Below are positions 27,962 through 38,066 of a DNA stretch of 64,000 nt, piece after piece. The notes beneath the pieces were generated by a model. That model searched no databases. It had not been told where the DNA came from and saw only the letters and a program-made list of their open reading frames with translations. The first letter of the stretch is position 1. The number at the start of each line of letters is the position of its first letter. The stretch is from Calditrichales bacterium (GTDB lineage: Bacteria; Calditrichota; Calditrichia; Calditrichales; J004), in contig OZ254086.1 in assembly GCA_965267575.1 (NCBI GenBank), positions 3,232,001 to 3,296,000 of the forward strand. The letters run 5' to 3'. The translations under genes and the position numbers were made by a program.

Positions 27962-30055
27962 ATGAAGCTTCTTTTATTTTGCCTCACCATTGTTGTTTTT
28001 CTCGCCTCCTGTGACATCAACGAGCCGCAGCTTGCCAAATGGGATACTTCCTGGCAGGTGCATCTGCGCGGGGACGTTGTGACCATGAGGGATCTATTGG
28101 ACGACTCTTCGTTGAGCGATTCCGTGGATGCCGTTACAGGTGAAGAGATGTTCTTCTTTTCCAATAATGATTCCTCGGAAAAGAAAACAGTCGAACGTGA
28201 CAAAATGGCCCTCAAGGGCAAGGAGCGTCGTTTTCGCAATACGCTGGGCGTTTTTAAAGTGAATCAACCGGAACCGAAAAGCACACCTTCCACCACTTTT
28301 GGTGACGTTTTCAGTTCCTACAATCCGCAGCCTGGAATGCTCTTTCCGCAGGTTGATCCTTTGACCCTGAATCCGCCCCCGCGCGAAGTCACTCTTGACG
28401 GCTTTCAGGAAATCCATATTGAGAGCGCGACGATGAGTGTTGTTTTTTACAATGACATGATCGTTGGGGTTGACGAGGGCATGGAGCTGGTGCTTTTTGA
28501 TAAAGCGCGCCAGGGAGAAAGCAACGGCGGTTTGATCGATACATTCTATTTTGATCAGGCCATTCCTACCGGCAGCTCCGCGCAAAGCAATACGGTAGAC
28601 CTTGCCGGCAAGATGTTGTCCAACAATCTTGAACTGCAATATACCGTTCCGGTCTCCGGCACCGATTCAGCAATGGTGCTCACGGAAGAGGACATTAACA
28701 GCGGTTTCTACTCCGAAGTGCGCATGAGTGAAGTAGAAGTTTCGCGCGCGCTGGCGCAAATCCCTGAGCAAACCTTCAACAGCGAAAACGTGACCCCGTT
28801 GGACAGCGACGATCATAAAATACGCAGCGCGGATGTGGAGCAGGGCAAGCTTTATCTCAGCGTTCAGAATATGATGAACATCGACGGCAGCTACGATCTG
28901 GAGCTGACTAATTTTGTTGATGATAGCGGCCAACCCAAAACGAAATCATTTACCGTTGCGGCGCAAAGCGCGGAGAATATCTCCATCAACCTGGCCGGCT
29001 ACACGCTGAAATCTGCTGACGGCAGCTTCCTCGAAGATATCCGCTACCAGGTGGTTGCGCGCACATCATCCACAGACGACTATGTCTGGGTTGACGCGCA
29101 GGATTCGCTGGCTCTGGCCTTTACGATGGACAGCCTCTACTTCTCGCGCTTTGAGGGTCAGCTTTCGCAAACGGAAATCGTTTTTGATCCCATCCGTGAA
29201 ACCGATCTGCTGAGCGATGGCAAATTTGACGGAGCCATGACACTTCCCGATCTCGTGCTGCAGTTTGATTTCCACAATGAGATAAATTTTGATGTGTTCG
29301 TTGAGCTTAATGTTACCGGCATTAAAAAGAGCAACAGCGGCGTCGTTGAAGACTCGGTTACGCTGCATGTTTCGCAGTTGATAAACCGTGCTTCGCTTAA
29401 CAAAGCGGCGATTACATCAATGGTGCTGAACAAAGCCAGCAGCAGTCCCAGTATTGTTGACCTGATGGCCATTATGCCTGATGAACTTGTGGTTTCCGGA
29501 CGCGCGCAGGTGCAGGGCGACGGGAGTGTCAACTCCGGTGACAGGATCTGGGCCACTTACCGCATGGAAAGCCCGCTTACCGTTAACGTAACAGAAAAGC
29601 TGGTTTACGAAGGTGACCGGCAGGTGATCGATGAGGATGATATCAGCCAGGAAGAACGCGACAAGATCACTGAAAAATTAAGCGAAGTATCGTTGGCGTT
29701 TAACACGCTGAACGGTCTGCCGCTGACTACACGCTTCAAAATATATGTTGCCGCCGACTCCACTGAGCTGTTTAACGATGTAATCACCGATTCATCCCGC
29801 AAAGTGATTCTGAGCGCCAACATTCAAAATGCCGCTATCGGTAACAACGGCTATGTGCAGGAAGCCGTTGAAGGGCGGGTCGATTTCCGCCTGAGCTCGC
29901 GGCAGATGGAAGTGTTTGAGAATGAGACGGTCTATACGGCGGTGAAAGCCGAGATCGATCCGACAGGACAGAGCATTCGTTTCCGCCCGCAGGACGAGCT
30001 GCGCTTTGAAGGCGTTATCAGTTTTGACGCGGTAGTGGACCCCGAAAATTTCTAA
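27962..30055 (+). CDS. Large beta-rich lipoprotein, copy A
   Basis: Lipobox LASC; roughly four internal beta repeats; clear paralogue of 31519-33615. Confidence 0.8.
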   Translation: MKLLLFCLTIVVFLASCDINEPQLAKWDTSWQVHLRGDVVTMRDLLDDSSLSDSVDAVTGEEMFFFSNNDSSEKKTVERDKMALKGKERRFRNTLGVFKVNQPEPKSTPSTTFGDVFSSYNPQPGMLFPQVDPLTLNPPPREVTLDGFQEIHIESATMSVVFYNDMIVGVDEGMELVLFDKARQGESNGGLIDTFYFDQAIPTGSSAQSNTVDLAGKMLSNNLELQYTVPVSGTDSAMVLTEEDINSGFYSEVRMSEVEVSRALAQIPEQTFNSENVTPLDSDDHKIRSADVEQGKLYLSVQNMMNIDGSYDLELTNFVDDSGQPKTKSFTVAAQSAENISINLAGYTLKSADGSFLEDIRYQVVARTSSTDDYVWVDAQDSLALAFTMDSLYFSRFEGQLSQTEIVFDPIRETDLLSDGKFDGAMTLPDLVLQFDFHNEINFDVFVELNVTGIKKSNSGVVEDSVTLHVSQLINRASLNKAAITSMVLNKASSSPSIVDLMAIMPDELVVSGRAQVQGDGSVNSGDRIWATYRMESPLTVNVTEKLVYEGDRQVIDEDDISQEERDKITEKLSEVSLAFNTLNGLPLTTRFKIYVAADSTELFNDVITDSSRKVILSANIQNAAIGNNGYVQEAVEGRVDFRLSSRQMEVFENETVYTAVKAEIDPTGQSIRFRPQDELRFEGVISFDAVVDPENF

Positions 30056-30068
30056 AAAAGAGGCACCT

Positions 30069-31376
30069 ATGAAAAAGATTGCAATTATTATTTTAGCAGC
30101 CCTTTCGGCTCTCTCGGCACAAGGATTTGACGGAGCCAGCCTTGGTATGGGTGGCAACTATCTTGCCCGCAGCCGCGGTGTGGACGCCCTGGCCTGGAAC
30201 CCGGCCAACCTCGCTTTGCCAAGACGCGGCGCGGTGGAAGTAAACCTGGTTTCGCTCAACCTGGGACTGTTTAACAGCGCCCTCTCGGTAGACAGCTATA
30301 ACCGCTACTTTACTTTCGAAGGGCACAATGGCCAATGGAGCCGTTCCGACCGCAAGGATATTCTGGATATGTTCAGCGGTGATGGATTGCGTCTGAATGG
30401 TGATGTAAAAACCAATATCTTCGGTCTGGCAATCGGCAATTTTGGCTACGCGCTGCAGGTGGAAAGCAGCGTTGCCGGAAATGTAAAACCGGGCAAACCG
30501 CTGGAAATGTTTCTCTTTGGTGAAACCGTCACCACGGATTACAGAATTAATGAACAAAACGTAGCTAATGTGCGCGGCTACAGCGCCCTTAAGCATGGCG
30601 TGGGTTATGGCCACCTTTTTAAACTGGGTGACAATGCATTCAAAGTAAGTAACCTTACCGTGGGCCTGGCGCTCAACTTTTACCAGGGCCTGGCTGTAGC
30701 GCAAACGCAGCAATCTTCCATTTCCGTGGAGCGCGTGCAGCACGATGCAGTGGGCATGGATGAAGAAGTTTTCCGTAGCGAATTACGCGTCAGCGGACGC
30801 ACCGCCGATGCCTCGGGCGGGTCTGCCGGCTCGGGATTTGGTTTGGATATCGGGGCTACAGCGCACTATAACAAAAATTTCCTGTTTTCCTTTGCGCTGA
30901 ATAACCTTTTTGGCAACATTAACTGGACCGGAAACACGCAGCAAGTAACTAAGGTCAGCGTAGATTCCAGCCACGCCTTTTCAAGTAATGTGGCCGATAC
31001 AAGCTATTCCTATGAAGAGGAAACAGAAGGCGCGACCTTTAAAACATCTCTGCCGGTAACCATGCGGCTCGGCGCGCAGTGGCGCTTTAACAAATCGCTT
31101 TCCCTGACCGCGGATTATCATCAGGGATTAAACAAAGCTTTTGGCAACAGCACGGTGCCGCAGGTTGGTGTTGGAGCCGAATATTATCCCTGGGGCTGGC
31201 TGCCGCTGCGCGGTGGCATGACGGTCGGTGGCAAACACGGTTTTCTTTTTGCCGTCGGTACGGGCATTCACGCCGGGCCGCTGTTGTTCGATTTCTCCTA
31301 TGCCATGAGCAAGGCCCTCTTGCCGGCCTATTCAACCGGTGTTTTCACCTCGTTCAACCTAAAATTACGATTCTGA
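30069..31376 (+). CDS. Outer-membrane beta-barrel, FadL/DUF5723/TraF-like, copy A
   Basis: Signal peptide; SLGMGG...WNPANLA hatch-like motif; GFGLDIG; C-terminal beta-signal NLKLRF. Confidence 0.8.
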   Translation: MKKIAIIILAALSALSAQGFDGASLGMGGNYLARSRGVDALAWNPANLALPRRGAVEVNLVSLNLGLFNSALSVDSYNRYFTFEGHNGQWSRSDRKDILDMFSGDGLRLNGDVKTNIFGLAIGNFGYALQVESSVAGNVKPGKPLEMFLFGETVTTDYRINEQNVANVRGYSALKHGVGYGHLFKLGDNAFKVSNLTVGLALNFYQGLAVAQTQQSSISVERVQHDAVGMDEEVFRSELRVSGRTADASGGSAGSGFGLDIGATAHYNKNFLFSFALNNLFGNINWTGNTQQVTKVSVDSSHAFSSNVADTSYSYEEETEGATFKTSLPVTMRLGAQWRFNKSLSLTADYHQGLNKAFGNSTVPQVGVGAEYYPWGWLPLRGGMTVGGKHGFLFAVGTGIHAGPLLFDFSYAMSKALLPAYSTGVFTSFNLKLRF

Positions 31377-31518
31377 TAGTTGTATAAAATTTGAGCCCCC
31401 GGAAGCGGAGAGACCGGCCTTTTTATGGCTGGACCCTCCGCTTCTTTTTTGCGCGTGCGCATTTTTTTTTAATCTTTCTTTGTTATTTTGCGACAATAGT
31501 TTAAAAAAAGGTGCGTCA

Positions 31519-33615
31519 ATGAAAGCGCTTAAGTTTATTATTTTTGTGGTAGTTATACTGCTTCTCTCCGCATGCAGCATAAACGAGCCCAGTCTGCCGT
31601 CCTTCCAGAAGAGAATACTTGTAGAGCTAGCTCCCGACCAGTTTACGATGGGCGAAGCGCTGGATGACGAAAGCCTCCGCGACAGTGTTTTTACAGCGGG
31701 CGATACTCTCGTCTATATCGACGTGTCTGACAGCACGGAGAAAAAATCAATCGAACGCGATGATCTGGCCTTTAGGGCCGACGATGACCGCATAGTTAAG
31801 GAAGTGGGACCGATTGATCTTGATGAGCCTGAGCCCGCGCAAACCGAACCGGTAGCGCTGGCCGATCTTTTCCCATCCATGCCGCTGAGCGCCGGAGACA
31901 CCCTCCCGCCATTCCCGGCACAAACGCTTACGCCACCTGCGCAGATAGTAATGTTTGATTCCTACAGGGAAGTTATTGTCGATTCCGGATTTGTACGCGT
32001 CGCCTTTAACAATAACCTTATACTTACCATAGGCAGCGGTCTGAAAATTTATCTCTATGACAACAAATTTGATGATGATCCGCAAAACGGGCTTATTGAC
32101 AGCCTGGTTTTTAACCAGCCGATCCCGCCGCAAACAAATGTTATAAGCGATCCCATAAATCTGTCAGGGCGCTTTTTATCCAATGAATTTCGCATTGAAT
32201 ACCGTGTGCCTGTCGCCGCCGTGGACACGGCCAATGTGCTGGACCAGTCGGAAATCGAAAGCAGTTACTACAGCGAGGTAAGGCTTTCCAATTTTATTGT
32301 TGATGAGGCCGTCGCGAAAATACCCGAGCAGGAAATAATAGAGCAGGATCAAGCTGATATTGACACGGAGGATAAATCCATTCGCAGCGTGCGTATTGAT
32401 GAAGGGCGTATTCACCTGACGATTGATAATTTCCTCGAGATAAACGCCAATCTGGAAATAACGCTTCTTAATCTGTTTAATCCGGATGGCATGCCGCGTA
32501 AGATCATGATTCCGGCCAACGCCAACGAGCAAACCCAACGCTACATAAACATCGCGGACCATGTTATCCGTGATGAGCAGGCAGGTAATTTTGTGGATGC
32601 CCTTTCGTACCACGTGCGTGCACTGACCGAGCCGACAGAAGGCTTTGTCACTGTGAGTTCCAGAGATTCCATTGTTGTCACTTTTTCGATGGACAGTACA
32701 TACGCCAGCTTTTTTGAGGGCAGGCTGGAACAAACTGAAATCGATATCGATCCCGTAAAAACGGATGAGCTGCAGGACCTGGAAGAGGTAACGGGGGAGT
32801 TAAGATTGCCCAACCTGCAACTGGTGCTGAATATCTACAATCAGATTAATTTTGACGTGACAACACAGCTTACGCTCACCGGTAAACGCGTTGAAAACGG
32901 CGTCGTTGTCAATCAGCTTTCAATCCCGGTGGACGCTATTATTGAAGCCGGAAGTAGCGACCGGGCAAAAAGAACGCGTGTTATCCTGGATGGCGAAAGC
33001 AGCAACCCCAGCATCGTGGACCTTATGGCGATTTTGCCGACACAGCTCACCATCGAAGGCGACGGTGTCATTGACGGTGATGGCAGCGTCAGCCTGGAAG
33101 ATGCTATCTGGGTAGAGTATCACCTGGAATCACCCATGACGCTTGACATCGGGCAGGCTTTAAAGGTCGAAAGCGATCCGGACAGCCTTGGAGACGATGA
33201 GCTAAGCGAAGATGTGCGCGAGCAGATTACGGATAACGTGGCGGTGATCAGCCTGGTATTTGAGGGTGACAACAGTCTGGCGCTCGGGCCGCAGTTTATG
33301 TTTTTTCTCACTGCCGATAAGAATGAGCTTTTTGATCCGGCCATTACCGATTCGGCCAGCAAGGTGGTGCTGAGCGCCGGTATTGAGGCCGCGCCCCTGG
33401 GTCCGGATGGCCTTACCGAGGATACTGTACCGTTTACTGTGCGTTTTGAGATGAATGAACAGCAGTTGCAGATCTTCAAAAACGACAAGATTTACTACGG
33501 TGCGCTGATCAATATACCGCCAACGGGCGAAGATGTTACTTTCCGTAAAAGCGACGCCCTGAAGTATAACGGGACAATGGAAATTGAAATGATGGTGAAT
33601 CCCGATGATGAGTAA
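31519..33615 (+). CDS. Large beta-rich lipoprotein, copy B
   Basis: Lipobox LSAC; shared blocks CxINEP, GLID, PSIVDLMAI(M/L)P and ITDS..KV.LSA. Confidence 0.8.
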   Translation: MKALKFIIFVVVILLLSACSINEPSLPSFQKRILVELAPDQFTMGEALDDESLRDSVFTAGDTLVYIDVSDSTEKKSIERDDLAFRADDDRIVKEVGPIDLDEPEPAQTEPVALADLFPSMPLSAGDTLPPFPAQTLTPPAQIVMFDSYREVIVDSGFVRVAFNNNLILTIGSGLKIYLYDNKFDDDPQNGLIDSLVFNQPIPPQTNVISDPINLSGRFLSNEFRIEYRVPVAAVDTANVLDQSEIESSYYSEVRLSNFIVDEAVAKIPEQEIIEQDQADIDTEDKSIRSVRIDEGRIHLTIDNFLEINANLEITLLNLFNPDGMPRKIMIPANANEQTQRYINIADHVIRDEQAGNFVDALSYHVRALTEPTEGFVTVSSRDSIVVTFSMDSTYASFFEGRLEQTEIDIDPVKTDELQDLEEVTGELRLPNLQLVLNIYNQINFDVTTQLTLTGKRVENGVVVNQLSIPVDAIIEAGSSDRAKRTRVILDGESSNPSIVDLMAILPTQLTIEGDGVIDGDGSVSLEDAIWVEYHLESPMTLDIGQALKVESDPDSLGDDELSEDVREQITDNVAVISLVFEGDNSLALGPQFMFFLTADKNELFDPAITDSASKVVLSAGIEAAPLGPDGLTEDTVPFTVRFEMNEQQLQIFKNDKIYYGALINIPPTGEDVTFRKSDALKYNGTMEIEMMVNPDDE

Positions 33616-34924
33616 AAAAATTCTGTTTTTGTGTCTGCTTCTCCCTGTATTACCGCTTTCCGGGCAATCGTTTAATGCTGCTTCGCTGGGGCTGGGCTTT
33701 TCTGATCAGGCCGTTGTGCGGGGCAGCGCCGCGCTTGACCGCAACCCTGCAAACCTGGCTTACGCCCATTATGGCGAATGGGAATTGAATATTTTCTCGT
33801 TTAATCTGGGTTTGTCCAACAGCTCTTTTTCCCTGGCCGATTACAACCGCTACTTCACCGACGAAGGGCATGGCGGTACATGGACAGAAAGCGACAAAAA
33901 AGATATTATTGATCGTTTCCCCGAAGAAGGACTAAATCTGATCTCCCGTGCGGGGATGAATGTATTGGGTGCCACTTACGGCCCCTTTGGCTTTTCCATG
34001 GATTTTGTGGCCGACGCCTCGTTTAATTTTAAATCACGTAAAGCAACCGAGTTGTTGCTGCTGGATACGCGCTACGATCTTGATTTTACATTTTCCGAGA
34101 AGGACTTTTTAAGCGGTGAAGGTTACACGGCAATTCGCTATAATTTTGCTTACGGCCAAAAGATTGATATCGGCCTGCGCCGCTATGATATCGATGATTT
34201 TGCCGTTGGCGGACGTTTACGAATATACCAGGGGCTTGCTGTTTTTGATGTAAAAGAAGCCGCCGTGGAAGTTAAGCGCTTTAACAGCGACGTCACTCCC
34301 AATGGTTCCGAGATACTTTATTACACTATGAACGGAAGAGCCAATCGCGCCTATGTTTCGTCTTCGGCTTCTGCCGGCAGCGGTATTTCTCTGGACCTCG
34401 CGGCATCGGCGGCCTATGATGATGACTGGCGTTTTTCCTTCCTGCTGGAGAATTTTATCGGCTCTATTTCCTGGGACCAAAACGGCGAGGAATACCTTTT
34501 TACCCGCTCGGACTCGGCCTACGTTTTTGAAGATGATGCGCCGGACAGGGTAGTAGAGCAGGATACGGCCATAGCACGATCGGAAATAACAACACCGTTG
34601 CCCGCGGCCATGAGCTTTTCCGCCGCCTATCAGATGGACAACCAATGGCGCTTTATGGCCACCTACCGCCAGGGTCTGAGCAACCGCTTTTCCGAAACAA
34701 CGACACCTTTGCTGGGTGTGGCTGCGCAATACAATCCAATACCTTTACTGCCATTGCGCATGGGTATGATCTTTGGCGGGCTGGATGAATTTATTCTGAC
34801 AACCGGCCTGGGCCTGCACGGCGAAAATATTCTGTTTGATATCTCCTATGCCATGCGCGAATCCGTTTGGCCTACTGCATCCAACGGGATTTACTGGGGC
34901 ATGGGCCTGCGCATAAGGATTTAA
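33605..34924 (+). CDS. Outer-membrane beta-barrel, FadL/DUF5723/TraF-like, copy B
   Basis: Signal peptide; ASLGLG...RNPANLA; shared YNRYFT.EGH.G.W and LPLR.GM blocks. Start could be 33605 or 33608. Confidence 0.8.
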   Translation: MMSKKILFLCLLLPVLPLSGQSFNAASLGLGFSDQAVVRGSAALDRNPANLAYAHYGEWELNIFSFNLGLSNSSFSLADYNRYFTDEGHGGTWTESDKKDIIDRFPEEGLNLISRAGMNVLGATYGPFGFSMDFVADASFNFKSRKATELLLLDTRYDLDFTFSEKDFLSGEGYTAIRYNFAYGQKIDIGLRRYDIDDFAVGGRLRIYQGLAVFDVKEAAVEVKRFNSDVTPNGSEILYYTMNGRANRAYVSSSASAGSGISLDLAASAAYDDDWRFSFLLENFIGSISWDQNGEEYLFTRSDSAYVFEDDAPDRVVEQDTAIARSEITTPLPAAMSFSAAYQMDNQWRFMATYRQGLSNRFSETTTPLLGVAAQYNPIPLLPLRMGMIFGGLDEFILTTGLGLHGENILFDISYAMRESVWPTASNGIYWGMGLRIRI

Positions 34925-34925
34925 A

Positions 34926-35597
34926 ATGTCGGTTATTAAAGAAGGCACATTCAACGCAAAAGGCAGTGAGATTGTATCCTATATTCTGGAAGAACCGCAG
35001 ACTCCGCGTGCTGTTTATGTGCTGGCCCATGGCGCCGGCGCCGGTATGACTCATCCGCATTTGAAAAAGATTTCTGAAACGCTTACGGGACTGGATGTTG
35101 CCGTTTTACGCTTCAATTTTATTTACATGGAAAAAGGTAAGAAGAGCGTTGGCAGTAAAACCGATGCGATTTCGGCGATCATTGAAGCGCTCACGCTGGC
35201 CGGGACACAGTTTCCCGATTTGCCGTTGCTGGCCGGCGGCCACTCGTATGGCGGACGCATGACAACCCATGCCGTTCTTGATGAAGAATGCCCGCAACCT
35301 GCGGGATTGATCTTCTTTTCATTTCCCTTGCACGTGCCCGGAAAGCCAGGAACGGAGCGGGCCGTCCATCTCAAAGAGATTGATATTCCGATGCTTTTTC
35401 TCTCCGGAACGCGCGACACATTTGCGCGTAGTGATCTGCTTGACGAGGTTTGTTCCGCGCAGCAAAAATCCACGTTGGCCTGGATTGACCAGGCTGACCA
35501 CAGCTTTAAGATTCCCAAAAAGGCCGGTAAGCAACCCGGCTTTGCTTACGATGAAGCTGCGGATGCCGTTGGCGATTGGCTAAAAGCTGTTCTTTAA
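34926..35597 (+). CDS. Alpha/beta hydrolase (KANL3/Tex30-like)
   Basis: HGAG oxyanion motif, GHSYGG nucleophile elbow, GTRD and ADH catalytic triad. Confidence 0.88.
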   Translation: MSVIKEGTFNAKGSEIVSYILEEPQTPRAVYVLAHGAGAGMTHPHLKKISETLTGLDVAVLRFNFIYMEKGKKSVGSKTDAISAIIEALTLAGTQFPDLPLLAGGHSYGGRMTTHAVLDEECPQPAGLIFFSFPLHVPGKPGTERAVHLKEIDIPMLFLSGTRDTFARSDLLDEVCSAQQKSTLAWIDQADHSFKIPKKAGKQPGFAYDEAADAVGDWLKAVL

Positions 35598-35630
35598 TGT
35601 ATCATAATCGGTCTTCTTTAACCCTAATAC

Positions 35631-36584
35631 TTAACTCCTTCGGCGAAAGCCTTCCCCCAGTACTTCGTGCACCGTGGAGATAATTACAAATGCTTTGGGG
35701 TCAATTTCCTGGATGATCTCTTCCAGGATGCTCAACTCGTTGCGCGTAATGACGGTCATCAAAATATCGCGGTCGATATTGCGGTACAGACCGCGGCCTT
35801 TCAGCGCTGTGGCACCACGGCTCATCCTCTGAATGATCGCTTCGGAGATTTCGGCGGAACGGTCGGAAATAATCAGGGCCGAACGGGCGTAATCAAATCC
35901 GTCCAGCAAAACATCAATGATGCGAGACGTGATAAAGGTCAGCAGAAGTGCGTAAAGGGCCAGCGAAAGCGCCGGACGGTCCGGCGAAAGGTCACGGATA
36001 TGGATGGCATAGGTGGCAAAGGAAATCACAATAATATTGATATAGATGATGCCGCGGCCCACTTTGATATTGAAGCGCCTGTTTAGAATAGCGGCAACAA
36101 TGTCCGCGCCGCCGGTAGTACCTTTGTACTTAAAGACCAGGCCGGAGCCCACGCCAAGCAACACAGCGCTGATAAATATCAGAAAGAGAAAGTCATTATG
36201 CAGCAGATCGACGATCGCTTCGCTTTTGTTGAGGCCGATAAATCCCAGACCCGGGACAGCGCCGCTGAACAGATCAATCGCAAAAGCGATAAAAGTGAAA
36301 CCGACGACGGTACGTAGGGCAAAGCCCAATCCAAGGCTGCGCACACCCCAGATGAAAAGGGGAATATTCATCATCCAAAGCATTAACCCCACGGGCCAGG
36401 TTTCGCCAGACAGATAATGGATTGCGATGGCAACGCCCGATATGCCGCCCGGCACCACGCGTGAATCGATCAGCATGGCGATGGAGCCGCCCATAATCGT
36501 GGCGCCGACAATAATCATCAGATAATCGCGCAGGGTATGGAATGAAGGCTTTTTTATTTTAAAATTTGAAAACGATTTGTGCAT
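35631..36584 (-). CDS. YitT family membrane protein with DUF2179 C-terminal domain
   Basis: PGGISG, GTTGGAD, IDPKAF and EVLGEGF motifs; GGAGG RBS. Confidence 0.9.
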   Translation of the reverse strand: MHKSFSNFKIKKPSFHTLRDYLMIIVGATIMGGSIAMLIDSRVVPGGISGVAIAIHYLSGETWPVGLMLWMMNIPLFIWGVRSLGLGFALRTVVGFTFIAFAIDLFSGAVPGLGFIGLNKSEAIVDLLHNDFLFLIFISAVLLGVGSGLVFKYKGTTGGADIVAAILNRRFNIKVGRGIIYINIIVISFATYAIHIRDLSPDRPALSLALYALLLTFITSRIIDVLLDGFDYARSALIISDRSAEISEAIIQRMSRGATALKGRGLYRNIDRDILMTVITRNELSILEEIIQEIDPKAFVIISTVHEVLGEGFRRRS

Positions 36585-36655
36585 TATTCCTCCACAGGCG
36601 TGAAACGAGCCCGTCTTGTCCGATAAAAAAAGAGGCTGATACGCCCGGTTCAAAG

Positions 36656-37909
36656 ATGACAAAAATAACGAATTTGAAAAATCAACAGCAACAGAATGAA
36701 GCGCCCCGAAATATCAGCGTGGCACTGTTGGTCTATATGTTTTTAATTACGCTGATTGTAACCCTGGCGCCGTTCAAATTTCACATACCCCAGGCCTATC
36801 GCTGGTTCTGGTTTACGGACCCGATGGAGACCTTTCAGAACATGGTCCTGTTTGCGCCGCTGGGCTTTCTGTATATGGCTTCGCTGAGAAATCCGGACAT
36901 ACAAAATGTTATCATCGCCGGCGCCGCAGCATTCGTTTTTAGCCTTAGTATCGAAATCGTGCAGATGTTTGTGCCCGGCCGTTACAGCAGCCTGATCGAT
37001 GTGGCCAATAACACGTTTGGATCAGGCGCCGCCGCCCTGTTTTATCTTTTCAGCACGCGTTTTCTGCGCAAAAAGGCGGCCGGAGTACTGTGGCTGGAAA
37101 TACCGCTGGGCCGATTGCTTATCATGCACATACCGCTGATGTGGCTGTGTGGTATGGCCATGGACAAAGAACTGAACCGCCTTTGGCTGCTGCTTTTACC
37201 GGGCTTCAGTGGCGCCATTATCCTTACCGAAATTTACAAAAACAGGCTTTACGGGCGGACCTTTTTTTCGCGCGGCAATATGGCGCTGGTGTTTAGTGGC
37301 TGGTTTTTTATAGCGACTGTTCCGGCGCTGGCGGTCTTCCCGCTGCGTGTGTTGGTTGTGCTGTATCTCCCGATCATCGTCTTTGTGCTGCTGCGCCTGC
37401 GGTCCATCCGAAATATTCCTCTCGGACGGAGTCGTTTTGAATTGGAGACCCTGGCGAAAGTGTGGCCGCTTATCTTCTTTTACCTGTTCCTGATCGGGCA
37501 GTGGCCGCTTACGCCCCTGCAATGGCCGATGCAGTTTGGCTGGCTGGACCCCGAGCTGTTTAAAAACGACAGGCTGGTGACGATCATGCGCATCATTGAG
37601 TATATCGCCGCTTTTACGCTGGCCGGCTATATGGTGGCAGAGCAAACATCGCGCATTGGCCGGGAAAGGATCATCAACGGTTATACTTTTTGGGTCATAC
37701 TGGCTATGGCTATGGTTTTTGAAACGGCGCGCGGATTGCATCCCGGACACGGCGCCAGTTTGTGGGGATTCGTGATTTCACTGGGCGGCGCGCTTTTCGG
37801 TGCGTTTATCTATGGTGCCGTACTTTTGCACTTCCGTAAACTGAGAGACAGAAAAACACATCCGGACACTTTAGATGTACAAAAGCGGCCACTAAAGCAA
37901 TCGGGCTAA
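36656..37909 (+). CDS. VanZ-family multi-pass membrane protein
   Basis: NMVLFAPLG, IEIVQMF.PGR and DVANN motifs; many hydrophobic segments; start uncertain. Confidence 0.8.
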   Translation: MTKITNLKNQQQQNEAPRNISVALLVYMFLITLIVTLAPFKFHIPQAYRWFWFTDPMETFQNMVLFAPLGFLYMASLRNPDIQNVIIAGAAAFVFSLSIEIVQMFVPGRYSSLIDVANNTFGSGAAALFYLFSTRFLRKKAAGVLWLEIPLGRLLIMHIPLMWLCGMAMDKELNRLWLLLLPGFSGAIILTEIYKNRLYGRTFFSRGNMALVFSGWFFIATVPALAVFPLRVLVVLYLPIIVFVLLRLRSIRNIPLGRSRFELETLAKVWPLIFFYLFLIGQWPLTPLQWPMQFGWLDPELFKNDRLVTIMRIIEYIAAFTLAGYMVAEQTSRIGRERIINGYTFWVILAMAMVFETARGLHPGHGASLWGFVISLGGALFGAFIYGAVLLHFRKLRDRKTHPDTLDVQKRPLKQSG

Positions 37910-38066
37910 GTAGCAATATTTATAAATAGATAAATTTATTGTATATTAGCCAAAATTTATCAAAAATTGCTTCAGAATCTTGATGTAACCGTCAATTCGC
38001 TAAACTACAGTTTCGTAAATCCATCAAAAAAATAACAGCAAACCTTTTAAGGAAACGTTTTTAGTT

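Noticed and set aside
30069..34924. Conjugative element suggested by TraF-like barrels
   Set aside because: No relaxase, VirB4/VirD4 or other tra genes; the resemblance is at fold level only.
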